A DNA stretch of 64,000 bases from Waddliaceae bacterium (lineage in GTDB: Bacteria; Chlamydiota; Chlamydiia; Chlamydiales; SLOH01). The notes under the pieces are model-generated. The model was not told the origin of the DNA. It was given only the letters and a program-made list of their open reading frames with translations, and searched no databases. Location of the stretch: positions 1 to 64,000 of the forward strand of contig JBBDJA010000010.1 in NCBI GenBank assembly GCA_040880105.1, given 5' to 3'. The translations under genes and the position numbers were made by a program. Of the stretch, positions 19,481 through 28,398 are shown one piece after another. How positions within the stretch are numbered: the stretch's first letter is position 1; each line of letters starts with the position of its first letter.

Positions 19481-20049
19481 GCGAACTAACGCCTTATACA
19501 CAATTACAGAAAGGTACAATGATGGTCGCAAGCCCAGACATGGAAAATGGCCTTTTTAGCCGAGGTGTGATTCTAATTTGCGAGCATAATCCAACAGGAT
19601 CATTCGGACTTCTCATCAATAAGACCCTCGATTTAGAATTGCCTGAGGAGATTATCCATATGGATGAGCTTGCAAATCCCAAAGTTGCCATTAGAGCTGG
19701 CGGACCGATACAAACAAATCAGATGATGCTGCTTCACACACATGATCAAATTACTGACCAGACTCTTGAAATCTGTAAAGGTGTGTATTTAGGCGGCGAT
19801 CTTCAATTTTTACAAGAAGTGGTTTCTGATGAAAATGGGCCCAACGTGTATTTGTGCTTTGGATATGCCGGATGGGGCGCTGGGATGCTTGAGCGGGAAT
19901 TTCTTGATGGAGGTTGGTTCCTACACCCAGCCACTGCTGAGTATGTCTTTGATGTTCCACCGGAAAAACTCTGGCAGACAATATTACGCGACATGGGAGG
20001 AAAATACGCCTCTCTTTCCATGATTCCTGAAGATCTTACTTTAAATTAA
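19477..20049 (+). CDS. yqgE: YqgE/AlgH (DUF179) family protein
   Basis: [41 protein letters not shown] 19477 overlaps the mlaD stop. Confidence 0.9.
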   Translation: MSELTPYTQLQKGTMMVASPDMENGLFSRGVILICEHNPTGSFGLLINKTLDLELPEEIIHMDELANPKVAIRAGGPIQTNQMMLLHTHDQITDQTLEICKGVYLGGDLQFLQEVVSDENGPNVYLCFGYAGWGAGMLEREFLDGGWFLHPATAEYVFDVPPEKLWQTILRDMGGKYASLSMIPEDLTLN

Positions 20050-20129
20050 ATTCAAATCTTTGCGCTCACACCTCTATTTATATGGGAGTGAGATCGCATG
20101 TTATTGCATTTTGATATAATTATTTCAAA

Positions 20130-20241
20130 TTGTAATACAAATGGTTGTACGTGATTCAAACGCCAAGTCATTCTTATATATCAATTTGTAATACAAATGG
20201 TTGTACGTGATTCAAACGCCAAGTCATTCTTATATATCAAT
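20130..20241. repeat. Perfect 56-bp tandem duplication
   Basis: TTGTAATACAAATGGTTGTACGTGATTCAAACGCCAAGTCATTCTTATATATCAAT at 20130-20185 and 20186-20241. Confidence 0.95.
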
Positions 20242-20297
20242 AAATTAAACTTGAAGTTGATTCTAATATGTGGGATCTGATGGAATGAAGGAAGATT

Positions 20298-20327
20298 AGT
20301 CGTCCGAGAGAAATTTCAGGGACGACT
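20298..20327 (-). terminator. Hairpin terminating the rplM-rpsI transcript
   Basis: AGTCGTCC/GGACGACT stem about 10 nt after the rpsI stop; weak U tail. Confidence 0.5.
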
Positions 20328-20336
20328 GAATTGCTA

Positions 20337-20723
20337 TTAACGTTTCGAGAACTGGAATCGTTTACGCGCTCCGGCAAGACCGTATTTTTTACGTTCTTTC
20401 TTCCGAGGGTCGCGAGTAAGATACCCGGCTTCTTTTAGTTTCGGCTGGAGAGTCTCATTATTTTCGATGAGCGCCCTGGCAACGCCAAGTTTCACTGCAT
20501 CAACTTGTCCTTGTATGCCGCCGCCTTTTACGCGGATAATGATGTCATAATCTTTATTGTCGCCAATAAATGAAAAGGGAGCAAGACATGCATCACGATG
20601 AATTTTTAGTGGGAAATGCTCTTCAAATTTACGACCATTTACAGCTACATTTCCTTTTCCCGGTCGGAGTCGAATTGACGCAACTGCAGTTTTACGTCGT
20701 CCTGTTGCCACTTGTTCTTCCAA
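20337..20723 (-). CDS. rpsI: 30S ribosomal protein S9
   Basis: ATGRRKTAVA...LTRDPRKKERKKYGLAGARKRFQFSKR; TTG start. Confidence 0.98.
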   Translation of the reverse strand: MEEQVATGRRKTAVASIRLRPGKGNVAVNGRKFEEHFPLKIHRDACLAPFSFIGDNKDYDIIIRVKGGGIQGQVDAVKLGVARALIENNETLQPKLKEAGYLTRDPRKKERKKYGLAGARKRFQFSKR

Positions 20724-20738
20724 GGGGTACCTCTCTTT

Positions 20739-21194
20739 TTAAATATTCACTTGGATTGGTCTTTGCGCATCCATTTTGTGTTCGGATCCTGCAAATACGC
20801 GTAATCTTTTAATTTGTGCACGACTTAAGCGTGTTCTAGGCATCATGCCCCATACCGCATGTTCAATTGCGTAACCTGGTTTTTTAGCCATCATAGTCTT
20901 ATAAGGAACTTCACGCATTCCGCCGATATGTCCCGTATAGTAGCGATAAACTTTTTGTGTTTCTTTTGAACCGGTTACTACAATTTTATCCGCGTTAATT
21001 ACAATTACTCCGTCACCACTGTCAACATGGGGAGTGAAATCCGCCTTATGTTTTCCGCGAAGTACGTTAGCAATTTCTGTTGAGATACGGCCTAGAGTTT
21101 TTCCTGCCGCATCAAAGAGGATCCAGCCTCTATTAACTTCTTCTTTTTTGAGTACAAATGTATTGTCTGCTTTGGTCTTTCGGTTATGTACCAT
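20739..21194 (-). CDS. rplM: 50S ribosomal protein L13
   Basis: DAAGKTLGRISTEIANVLRGKHKADFTPHVDSGD. Confidence 0.98.
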   Translation of the reverse strand: MVHNRKTKADNTFVLKKEEVNRGWILFDAAGKTLGRISTEIANVLRGKHKADFTPHVDSGDGVIVINADKIVVTGSKETQKVYRYYTGHIGGMREVPYKTMMAKKPGYAIEHAVWGMMPRTRLSRAQIKRLRVFAGSEHKMDAQRPIQVNI

Positions 21195-21257
21195 TGGAGT
21201 CCTACCATTTTTATGGGAGAATCATAAGACATTCGTATGTTTTTTGGCTAGACTTTT

Positions 21258-23072
21258 TTACCAATTAATATGATGTGAAGAAAGATTTTGATCTAAGTTA
21301 TATGCGGCACTGATCAGTGACAGGTGTGTGAAGGCTTGAGGGAAGTTACCGAGGTGTCTTCCGTCGAGGCCAATTTCCTCAGAATAGAGACCTAGGTGAT
21401 TGGCATAACCAAGCATTTTTTCAAAAAAGAATCGGGCCTTTTTTACATCCCCGGCTCTAGATAGGCATTCCACATACCAAAAGGAACACATGTTAAAAGT
21501 GCCTTCAATTCCTGAAAGCCCATCCGGTGCGTCTTCTGTTAACCTATACCGATAGACAAGCGAGTCTTCAACAAGGTGTTTTCCGATTGCCTTTAGTGTG
21601 CTAAGCCAACGTGGGTCGGTGGGCCCAATAAATCGAATGAGGGGCATCATTAAATTAGCGGCATCTAGTCGGTCGGTACCTTTGTGTTGAATAAATGTTT
21701 CCTTTTCAACTTGCCAAAAATGGGTATGGATTTCGTGATAAATTTCATCCCGTACACGCATCCAGTAATCAAAAGGGGCAGGAAGAGAGCGTTTACGAGA
21801 GAGTCTAATGGCGCGATCAAGAGCCACCCAGCACATGAGTCTGGAATACAGAAATTCGCGCTTTCCTCCTCGCACCTCCCAGATCCCTTCATCTTTTCTT
21901 TGCCAATTATTGCAAACCCAGTCCACAAGCCGAACGACATTTTTCCATAGTTTATATGAGATCGGACTCCCATATTTGTCGTAGAGATAAATTGAATCCA
22001 TCAACTCGCCATATATATCGAGTTGTAGTTGATTATACGCCCCATTTCCAATACGGACGGGGGCTGAGCCTTTATACCCTTCAAAGTGTGGTAGCGTCTC
22101 TTCGATGAGCTGTTTACGCCCATCTAATCCATACATAATCTGTAGAGACCCGTCGGGATTTAGATCCTCACAGCGATCCTCTATCCAATTCATAAAAGAA
22201 GCAGCCTCTTCGGTGTAACCAAGGCGCATAAGTCCATAGAGAGTGAAAGAGGCGTCCCTAATCCAGGTAAATCGATAATCCCAGTTTCGCTCACCGCCCA
22301 GAACTTCTGGCAAACCAAATGTGGGAGCGGCAATAATCGAGCCATGTTTTTTTGAAGTCAGAAGTTTTAGCGTAAGTGCCGATCGGTTGACCATCTCACG
22401 CCATCTACCTTCATAGGTTGATCTGCCGACCCATCGCTGCCAAAAATTGTATGTGTCTTTAAAAGCCTGCACTTCATCATCCGGTGAATTAAAGCGGCTG
22501 TTTTGATTAGGTCTAGCCTCTTCAAGAATGATTGTATGGGATTCTCCGGCTGAGAGAGTAAAATCACAAACTATAGCGCCATCTTGCTCTTTGATGGGAA
22601 GTGTCGTTTTAAGTCTAACTGCAGAAATCGCATCATTTTCGGGGATAAATAGGACCTCGCCATCCCCCCATTTTAAGGTGTGGCTACATCGTCCATAATC
22701 AAACCTAGGGTCGCATATCATTTGCATCGGAATCGTGCCATGAACCCCTTTTGCCCTTCTAATCAACGCATGAGTATCATCGTCTTTTTGAATGGCCATG
22801 AAATCAGAAACCTGAGCGATTCCTTCGTTACATAAAAAGCGGGTAAGTAGAATATTGGAATCAGGCAAATACATTTGTTTATGTGTCCGATCCTCAAGTT
22901 TGGAGCTGATTTTAAATTTCCCCCCCTTCTTGTAGTCTAGAATAGAGGCAAAAATTGAGGGGGAATCAAAATTGGGAAAGCACATATAGTCAATCGATCC
23001 GTCAAGTCCGACAAGAGCAATAGTATTGAGATCGCCGACGATGCCGTAATTTTCAATGGGCTGGTACTTCAT
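21258..23072 (-). CDS. Glycoside hydrolase family 15 (trehalase/glucoamylase-like)
   Basis: N-terminal IENYGIVGD..IALVGLDGSID; AAPTFGLPE..GGERNWDYRFTWIRDA; QLDIYGE; DEGIWEVRG; GNFPQAFTHL; likely start MKYQP at 23072. Confidence 0.92.
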   Translation of the reverse strand: MKYQPIENYGIVGDLNTIALVGLDGSIDYMCFPNFDSPSIFASILDYKKGGKFKISSKLEDRTHKQMYLPDSNILLTRFLCNEGIAQVSDFMAIQKDDDTHALIRRAKGVHGTIPMQMICDPRFDYGRCSHTLKWGDGEVLFIPENDAISAVRLKTTLPIKEQDGAIVCDFTLSAGESHTIILEEARPNQNSRFNSPDDEVQAFKDTYNFWQRWVGRSTYEGRWREMVNRSALTLKLLTSKKHGSIIAAPTFGLPEVLGGERNWDYRFTWIRDASFTLYGLMRLGYTEEAASFMNWIEDRCEDLNPDGSLQIMYGLDGRKQLIEETLPHFEGYKGSAPVRIGNGAYNQLQLDIYGELMDSIYLYDKYGSPISYKLWKNVVRLVDWVCNNWQRKDEGIWEVRGGKREFLYSRLMCWVALDRAIRLSRKRSLPAPFDYWMRVRDEIYHEIHTHFWQVEKETFIQHKGTDRLDAANLMMPLIRFIGPTDPRWLSTLKAIGKHLVEDSLVYRYRLTEDAPDGLSGIEGTFNMCSFWYVECLSRAGDVKKARFFFEKMLGYANHLGLYSEEIGLDGRHLGNFPQAFTHLSLISAAYNLDQNLSSHHINW

Positions 23073-23259
23073 AATTTTTACATTAAGTCTCAGTCTCATT
23101 TTTATCAATCTTGAAAAGAGGAGGAGTGATTTATTTTAGTTGTTTTTATACTGGAGGTTCCTCTAACTTAAATTGCCTAATATTAATATGATGTGAATGT
23201 TTAGACTATAAGAGTGTTCTTTAACGGTCTGCAGTCCTGTTCTTAAGAGAAATCTTGAT

Positions 23260-23937
23260 ATGAGAGAAGAGAAATTATTTGAAAAGTTTGGGGTTAAGCG
23301 AATTATTAATGGACTCACACCGTTCCTAACAGATCAAAGATGCGCTCGAATTGATCGTTTACTTAAATCAAGGATCGGGTCTGTTCACGTTGCAGCAGAG
23401 AGTCCTGCAGACTTGCACAATGCCTTTGCCATGGTACGCACAGCTGAGGCGCTTGGTGTCTGTCACTTTCATTTAATTGGACAAGAAAGAAAAGGAAGGA
23501 TGGGTCGTCAGACGATGCGTGGCACTGAAAGGTGGATGCACTTACGTCTGCATACTGAATTTGATGATTTTATAGCAGATACTAAAGGAATTTCCTTAAT
23601 AGGTGCGACACCAAGAGCCGAGTTGACATTAGAACAGGTGCCTATTGATCGTCCGATCTGTCTCATATTTGGAAACGAAAACAGAGGGCTTTCAGATAAG
23701 GCATTGCAGCAGTGCGATTTAACCTACACGATTCCGATGTATGGAATGTGTGAGAGCTTTAATCTATCTGTTTCGTGCGGGATTAGTCTTTTTGATGTGC
23801 TAAGAAGGAAAAGGGAATATCTCGGAAAACAAGGCGATTTGACTTCTCAGCGAATTGAGATTGAACGTGCCAGATCTTACATTCGATCCCTTGGTGTCAA
23901 AAGGTCTGATCAACTCTTGTCGCTTGTTTCAGATTGA
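23260..23937 (+). CDS. TrmH/SpoU family RNA 2'-O-methyltransferase
   Basis: SPOUT motifs LHNAFAMVRTAEALG, LIFGNENRGLS, IPMYGMCESFNLSV. Confidence 0.9.
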   Translation: MREEKLFEKFGVKRIINGLTPFLTDQRCARIDRLLKSRIGSVHVAAESPADLHNAFAMVRTAEALGVCHFHLIGQERKGRMGRQTMRGTERWMHLRLHTEFDDFIADTKGISLIGATPRAELTLEQVPIDRPICLIFGNENRGLSDKALQQCDLTYTIPMYGMCESFNLSVSCGISLFDVLRRKREYLGKQGDLTSQRIEIERARSYIRSLGVKRSDQLLSLVSD

Positions 23938-24129
23938 GACTGCAAATGCTCTTAGAATAACCACTTTTTTTCGATAGCTTTAGATTGAACATACAAATGG
24001 TCTTAGAGTTACGGTTCTTGTCGATAGTTTCAGATTGAGCATGCAAATAGTCCTAGAGCTACAGCTCTGTTGATAGTGTTAGATTGAACATGCAAATACT
24101 CTTAGAATTATCTCTCTTTTCGATAGCTT
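23920..24129. repeat. Degenerate tandem array, four units of 49-51 bp plus a partial fifth
   Basis: Units start at 23920, 23971, 24021, 24070, 24120; consensus TCGATAGYTTYAGATTGARCATGCAAATnnTCYTAGAR plus about 12 variable nt. Confidence 0.88.
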
Positions 24130-24238
24130 AAATCTAGATTATAGTGTTCTTAGGTATGAAATGTTTGATTGTTTCTATTGAGCGATGTGTATATTAAACT
24201 TGATCTGATATTGTGAGAGAACGATGTGTGATGAAGCT

Positions 24239-24312
24239 TAGCGGTAGCCGGACTCGAACCAGCGACACGCGGATTATGATTCCGCTGCTCTAACCAACTG
24301 AGCTATACCGCC
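24239..24312 (-). tRNA. tRNA-Met(CAT), elongator type (Ile2 not excluded)
   Basis: GGCGGTATAGCTCAGTTGGTTAGAGCAGCGGAATCATAATCCGC...GGTTCGAGTCCGGCTACCGCTA; cloverleaf; CCA not encoded. Confidence 0.92.
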
Positions 24313-24342
24313 AGAAAGTTTTTGTTTGTCAGTTAAAAAAGA

Positions 24343-24415
24343 TAGCGGGGGGAGGATTCGAACCTCCGACCTTCGGGTTATGAGCCCGACGAGCTAACCC
24401 CTGCTCCACCCCGCG
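24343..24415 (-). tRNA. Initiator tRNA-fMet(CAT)
   Basis: CGCGGGGTGGAGCAG...TCGGGCTCATAACCCGA...GGTTCGAATCC; C1 mismatch and three G-C pairs in the anticodon stem. Confidence 0.95.
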
Positions 24416-24516
24416 TCAACATCTTTTTGACTGGTTACATGTTATACGATAGCATGCATGAGAGATTTCTCGCAAGCCTTATTTTAGAGCATTCTCAAAG
24501 AAAGCAAAGATTTCGA

Positions 24517-25752
24517 TTAGATAGGGTTGTCTATATGCTCCTTTATTCTCTCAAGACACCGGGAAGTAGCACCTTTTTGCTCTGTGATGAGCTGTTTTCC
24601 TCTCATTCCCATTTCACTATATTCTTCCTCAAAAAATGAGCGAAGAGCTTTCTCTAAATGGTCACTATCTGTTTGTACTCCTGCTTGATAGGTTTTAACT
24701 AATTGAACAAGAGAGTTTTGGGAGTATGTGTAGGGTCCGAAAATCACCGGTACTCCAAAATGTAGAGGTTCTAGAATATTGTGTCCGCCGACACCTTTAA
24801 TGAAGCTGCCGCAAACAACTGCAACTTTTGCAATTTGGTAGCAGTTTGTTAGCTCGCCAATTGTATCGATAAGTACAATCTTAGCTTTAGGTTCAAGGGT
24901 TTGAGAACTGAAACGGTTAAATTTGTGACCTCTTTGACTGATTAACTCTGCAACTGAATTAAAACGATTGGGATGTCTTGGGATAATAATGCATATGAGA
25001 TTGGGGATTGTTTTGGACAATGATTCGAATTGGTCAATTGCCATTTCTTCTTCCATTTCATGAGTGGAGCCGAAGACAATCACTTGGTCAGAGTCATCAA
25101 TCCCGAGGCGTTTGCGATATGTACTAAGATCTTTAAGAGGGGAGATCTCCCGATCAAGTTTGATATTCCCGGTTGATTCAATTCGTTTTAGGTGAGCACC
25201 GAGAAAGCAAAACCTTTTTTTATACTCATCGTTTTGAACAAGCAAATAATCAAAAAGAGAGTAAACTTTAGCGCAGAACTGCGGAAATTTTCTATATCTC
25301 TCAAAAGATCTTTGGGAGATTTTTCCATTCACCAAAATAATTTTTGCTCCCACGCTCTTGCAGATTTTTAGGAAATTTAGCCAAAAATCCGTTTCGGTAA
25401 TAATGACAAGATCAGGGGAGACTTGCTTAACAATCGGACGAATCACCCAACATAGATCCAACGGTAGATAGAAATGAGAGTCGGCAAATGGCATTTTCTC
25501 TCGAGATGTCTGTAAACCGGTTTCTGTTTGCGTTGAACAGAGAATGGTACTCTCCGGATATTCTAAATGAAGACTTTGAATAAGAGGGGCAATGGCAACT
25601 GTTTCACCCATAGAGACAGAATGCACCCAGATCACAGGGCGTCTTTTACTTCCTATTTTAGGGATTTTTAATTTGGGGCGCTTCGGGCGAAAAATACGAT
25701 AAAATAATGCATAAATGTGAAGAAAAAATTCGTAAAAAATTGTTAGGATCAT
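24517..25752 (-). CDS. waaA: Kdo transferase WaaA (KdtA/GseA)
   Basis: IWVHSVSMGE, ETDFWLNF, TGNIKLD, GSTHEMEE, IPRHPNRF, GGHNILEP; start 25752 or 25776. Confidence 0.95.
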   Translation of the reverse strand: MILTIFYEFFLHIYALFYRIFRPKRPKLKIPKIGSKRRPVIWVHSVSMGETVAIAPLIQSLHLEYPESTILCSTQTETGLQTSREKMPFADSHFYLPLDLCWVIRPIVKQVSPDLVIITETDFWLNFLKICKSVGAKIILVNGKISQRSFERYRKFPQFCAKVYSLFDYLLVQNDEYKKRFCFLGAHLKRIESTGNIKLDREISPLKDLSTYRKRLGIDDSDQVIVFGSTHEMEEEMAIDQFESLSKTIPNLICIIIPRHPNRFNSVAELISQRGHKFNRFSSQTLEPKAKIVLIDTIGELTNCYQIAKVAVVCGSFIKGVGGHNILEPLHFGVPVIFGPYTYSQNSLVQLVKTYQAGVQTDSDHLEKALRSFFEEEYSEMGMRGKQLITEQKGATSRCLERIKEHIDNPI

Positions 25753-25783
25753 AGAAATCTTGTTTTTGTTATACATAGTTTAA

Positions 25784-27829
25784 ATGAGACAATTTATTTT
25801 ATTCATCATATTTTATGCCGGCGCTCTTTTCGGAGTTCTTCCGGACCCCTTAAATCTTTCTCGTGAATGGTGGGTTGAATGGTCCGAGGTAAAAGAAGGA
25901 GAGAGTTTAAAGCCGTGGATAGATTCGCTTAAAAATAATCTGCAAAATATTTCCGCAGAAAATCTTGAAGAAGTAACCACTCTCATTAATGAAATAGAAA
26001 CGAATTTACGCAATTTTCAAGAAGTGAATAATGAACCGGAAAAACCCCTGGAAACAACGCTCTCCTTTTCATCATCTTATACAGTCAATAGCTTTTTACG
26101 CCTGAAGCAGCAGCAGAGGCAGCAGATTCTTGAAGTTCAAAACAGCGAATTTCAATTTAATGAACTAAATAAAATATTAGCAGAATCGCAAAAAATATTA
26201 AATCAAGCACTGTCAGAGTACTTCACAATTAATGAAAAAACCGAGAAGAAACTTATCTTAGGTTTGAGGGTTATCAACACCCGTTTAAAGGTTGAAAATT
26301 TAAAGAAACGCGTATCACAACTGCGACAAAGGGTTGGAGTAGCAAAAGATAAACTCGCTCTTATCAAAGAAGAAGCGCAGTTTGCAAAAGACCACCTCAT
26401 CAGCTCTGAAGCTGAAGTCCTTTCCTTTGAGCGTCTAGCAGATACAAAATTGGAAGATTGGAATGAAATTCAAACCAAGCTGCGTGATTTCCAATCAGAT
26501 CCGGCTGCCCATGATGAGGTGCATCGAGGAGAGCTGTTACATTTAAGAATTGATGAAATGCATGCCCATTTACAAGCATTGATTGCAAAAAGTGCCTATC
26601 AACTTGCAAGCCTTGTATTTGCACCAACCCAAATTAATCATGCCGAGCTCCGCAATGAGGTTAGAAAGAACCAAGAGACTATAAGTGAAATAACCATAGA
26701 ACTTGAGCTTTTGGAGGAGCAACTTAAACGGTTTGAAAGAGGGCTAATCGATGAGCTTCGTGTGAATCCGGAGATTGAAGATGAGAGAAGGCAGCAAATT
26801 CAAGAGGCGCTAGAGCAAGCAAGTGACAACTTAATAGCACTCGGGTCAAATTACAGCATCATACAGCAGACAAATGACATTCTCTCATTAGTCCGTGGGA
26901 TTAACTCCCGTAATATTGACGGAATCACTGGATGGCTTATTGTCATTTGGACTCAAATCAAATCCGCATTTGAAAGCGTTATTAGTTGGCTTGAATCACC
27001 TGCATTTCATGTCGGGGAGATACCAGTCACTTTTGTGAATATCCTGCAGTTTTTTGCAACACTAATCTTAACCTTTTGGCTTGCTAAAACGATACGAAGG
27101 GGAATACGAGGGTACATAAAGGGAAGAAAGAAAATTGATGAAGCTGTTGCCTACCGATTCAACCTGCTTTTGTATTATTTTATTCTAGCTGCCGGAATCA
27201 TCATCGCGCTTACAACACTTGGCATTGACACGCCAAATATTTTCATCATGTTAAGTGCGTTGGGTGTCGGGATTGGTTTTGGTCTTCAAAATATTTTCAA
27301 AAACTTTATTTCGGGCATTATCATTTTGTTTCAAAGTCAATTGCGAGTAGGGGATTTTGTCGAACTTGAGTCCGGGGTTCATGGGGAAATTAGAGAGATT
27401 AGTGTTCTTAGCACTGTTATACGGACAAACGATGGTTCCGATGTCTTGACTCCAAATGCTGAAATGATCAACTCACGCTTAACTAACTGGACCTATCGCA
27501 GCAACTATCGAAGGCTCCGAGTTCCATTTTCTGTTTCGTATCATTCGGATATGGATCTAGTCGTAAAGGTGGTATCAGATGCAGCTAAAGATGTACCCTC
27601 TACATTTCAACGTCCCGGTGTTCCGGATCCTCAGGTGAGAATTACAGAGTTTGGAGAAAGCGGCGTTGAATTTGAACTGGTGGTGTGGGTCGACGGCTTT
27701 CCGGCAAGACACATTAGACGCACAAAGTCTAAGTACTTATGGGAAATCATCAGAGCGCTCAAAGCAGCTGAGATATCGATTCCTTTTCCTCAGAGAGAAG
27801 TCAGGATCTTGAATGAAGAAAAAGATTGA
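25784..27829 (+). CDS. MscS family mechanosensitive channel with long periplasmic coiled-coil N-terminus (MscK-like)
   Basis: Signal peptide, coiled coil, ALGVGIGFGLQNIFKNFISGIIIL, IPFPQREV. Confidence 0.92.
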   Translation: MRQFILFIIFYAGALFGVLPDPLNLSREWWVEWSEVKEGESLKPWIDSLKNNLQNISAENLEEVTTLINEIETNLRNFQEVNNEPEKPLETTLSFSSSYTVNSFLRLKQQQRQQILEVQNSEFQFNELNKILAESQKILNQALSEYFTINEKTEKKLILGLRVINTRLKVENLKKRVSQLRQRVGVAKDKLALIKEEAQFAKDHLISSEAEVLSFERLADTKLEDWNEIQTKLRDFQSDPAAHDEVHRGELLHLRIDEMHAHLQALIAKSAYQLASLVFAPTQINHAELRNEVRKNQETISEITIELELLEEQLKRFERGLIDELRVNPEIEDERRQQIQEALEQASDNLIALGSNYSIIQQTNDILSLVRGINSRNIDGITGWLIVIWTQIKSAFESVISWLESPAFHVGEIPVTFVNILQFFATLILTFWLAKTIRRGIRGYIKGRKKIDEAVAYRFNLLLYYFILAAGIIIALTTLGIDTPNIFIMLSALGVGIGFGLQNIFKNFISGIIILFQSQLRVGDFVELESGVHGEIREISVLSTVIRTNDGSDVLTPNAEMINSRLTNWTYRSNYRRLRVPFSVSYHSDMDLVVKVVSDAAKDVPSTFQRPGVPDPQVRITEFGESGVEFELVVWVDGFPARHIRRTKSKYLWEIIRALKAAEISIPFPQREVRILNEEKD

Positions 27830-27945
27830 TAAAATTCTTTCAATCAAGTAGTTTCTACTCTCATATAAAAAATCATATGAATTGCATAAAAGTACGCGGA
27901 TAGCCGCTTATGGTCTTGATGCTAAATTTTCGAGGAGGTTTTGAA

Positions 27946-28278
27946 ATGATTAAAATGGGGTCGTACCTTGTCATCCTATATGGATGTATAGTTCTTCTCG
28001 GAGGGTTAATCGGCTATCTTACAGCAGGAAGCGTCGCTTCTTTAGTGATGGGGTCGATTTTTGGAGCCAGCTTGGTCGCAAGTGGAATGGGCATGTTAAA
28101 GGAGTATGTTTGGGGTTATATCGGAGCTGTTGCACTCTCTGCGATTTTAACGCTCTTTTTTGCTCACAGCTACATTGATACCGGCAAGCTTCGGTCAGGT
28201 GGACTGGCTTTTTTAAGCCTGTTGATGATTGTTTTTCTTATCACTCTTAAAAGCAAACTTCCACCTTCTAAAAGTTAA
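27946..28278 (+). CDS. TMEM14/FAX1-like small membrane protein
   Basis: YGCIVLLGGLIGYLTAGSVASLVMG motif, four hydrophobic segments; RBS GAGGAGG before ATG 27946. Confidence 0.8.
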   Translation: MIKMGSYLVILYGCIVLLGGLIGYLTAGSVASLVMGSIFGASLVASGMGMLKEYVWGYIGAVALSAILTLFFAHSYIDTGKLRSGGLAFLSLLMIVFLITLKSKLPPSKS

Positions 28279-28288
28279 TTTAAATGAA

Positions 28289-28326
28289 GTCAGGTAGTTG
28301 AAGAATATAACTATCTGACCGTTTTA
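28289..28326. terminator. Hairpin between convergent genes, probable terminator
   Basis: GTCAGGTAGTT...AACTATCTGAC stem followed by GTTTT. Confidence 0.55.
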
Positions 28327-28398
28327 TTACCAATCTTTATAAAACTCATCTCCTCGTACAATCCCAGATCTTAGTCGCGAGGCAACCTCTTAGAATGT

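Noticed and set aside
20130..20241. CRISPR mini-array
   Set aside because: Two abutting identical units with no spacer
23920..24129. CRISPR array
   Set aside because: Repeats are degenerate, the variable parts are only about 12 nt and resemble each other, and there is no cas gene or leader in the window
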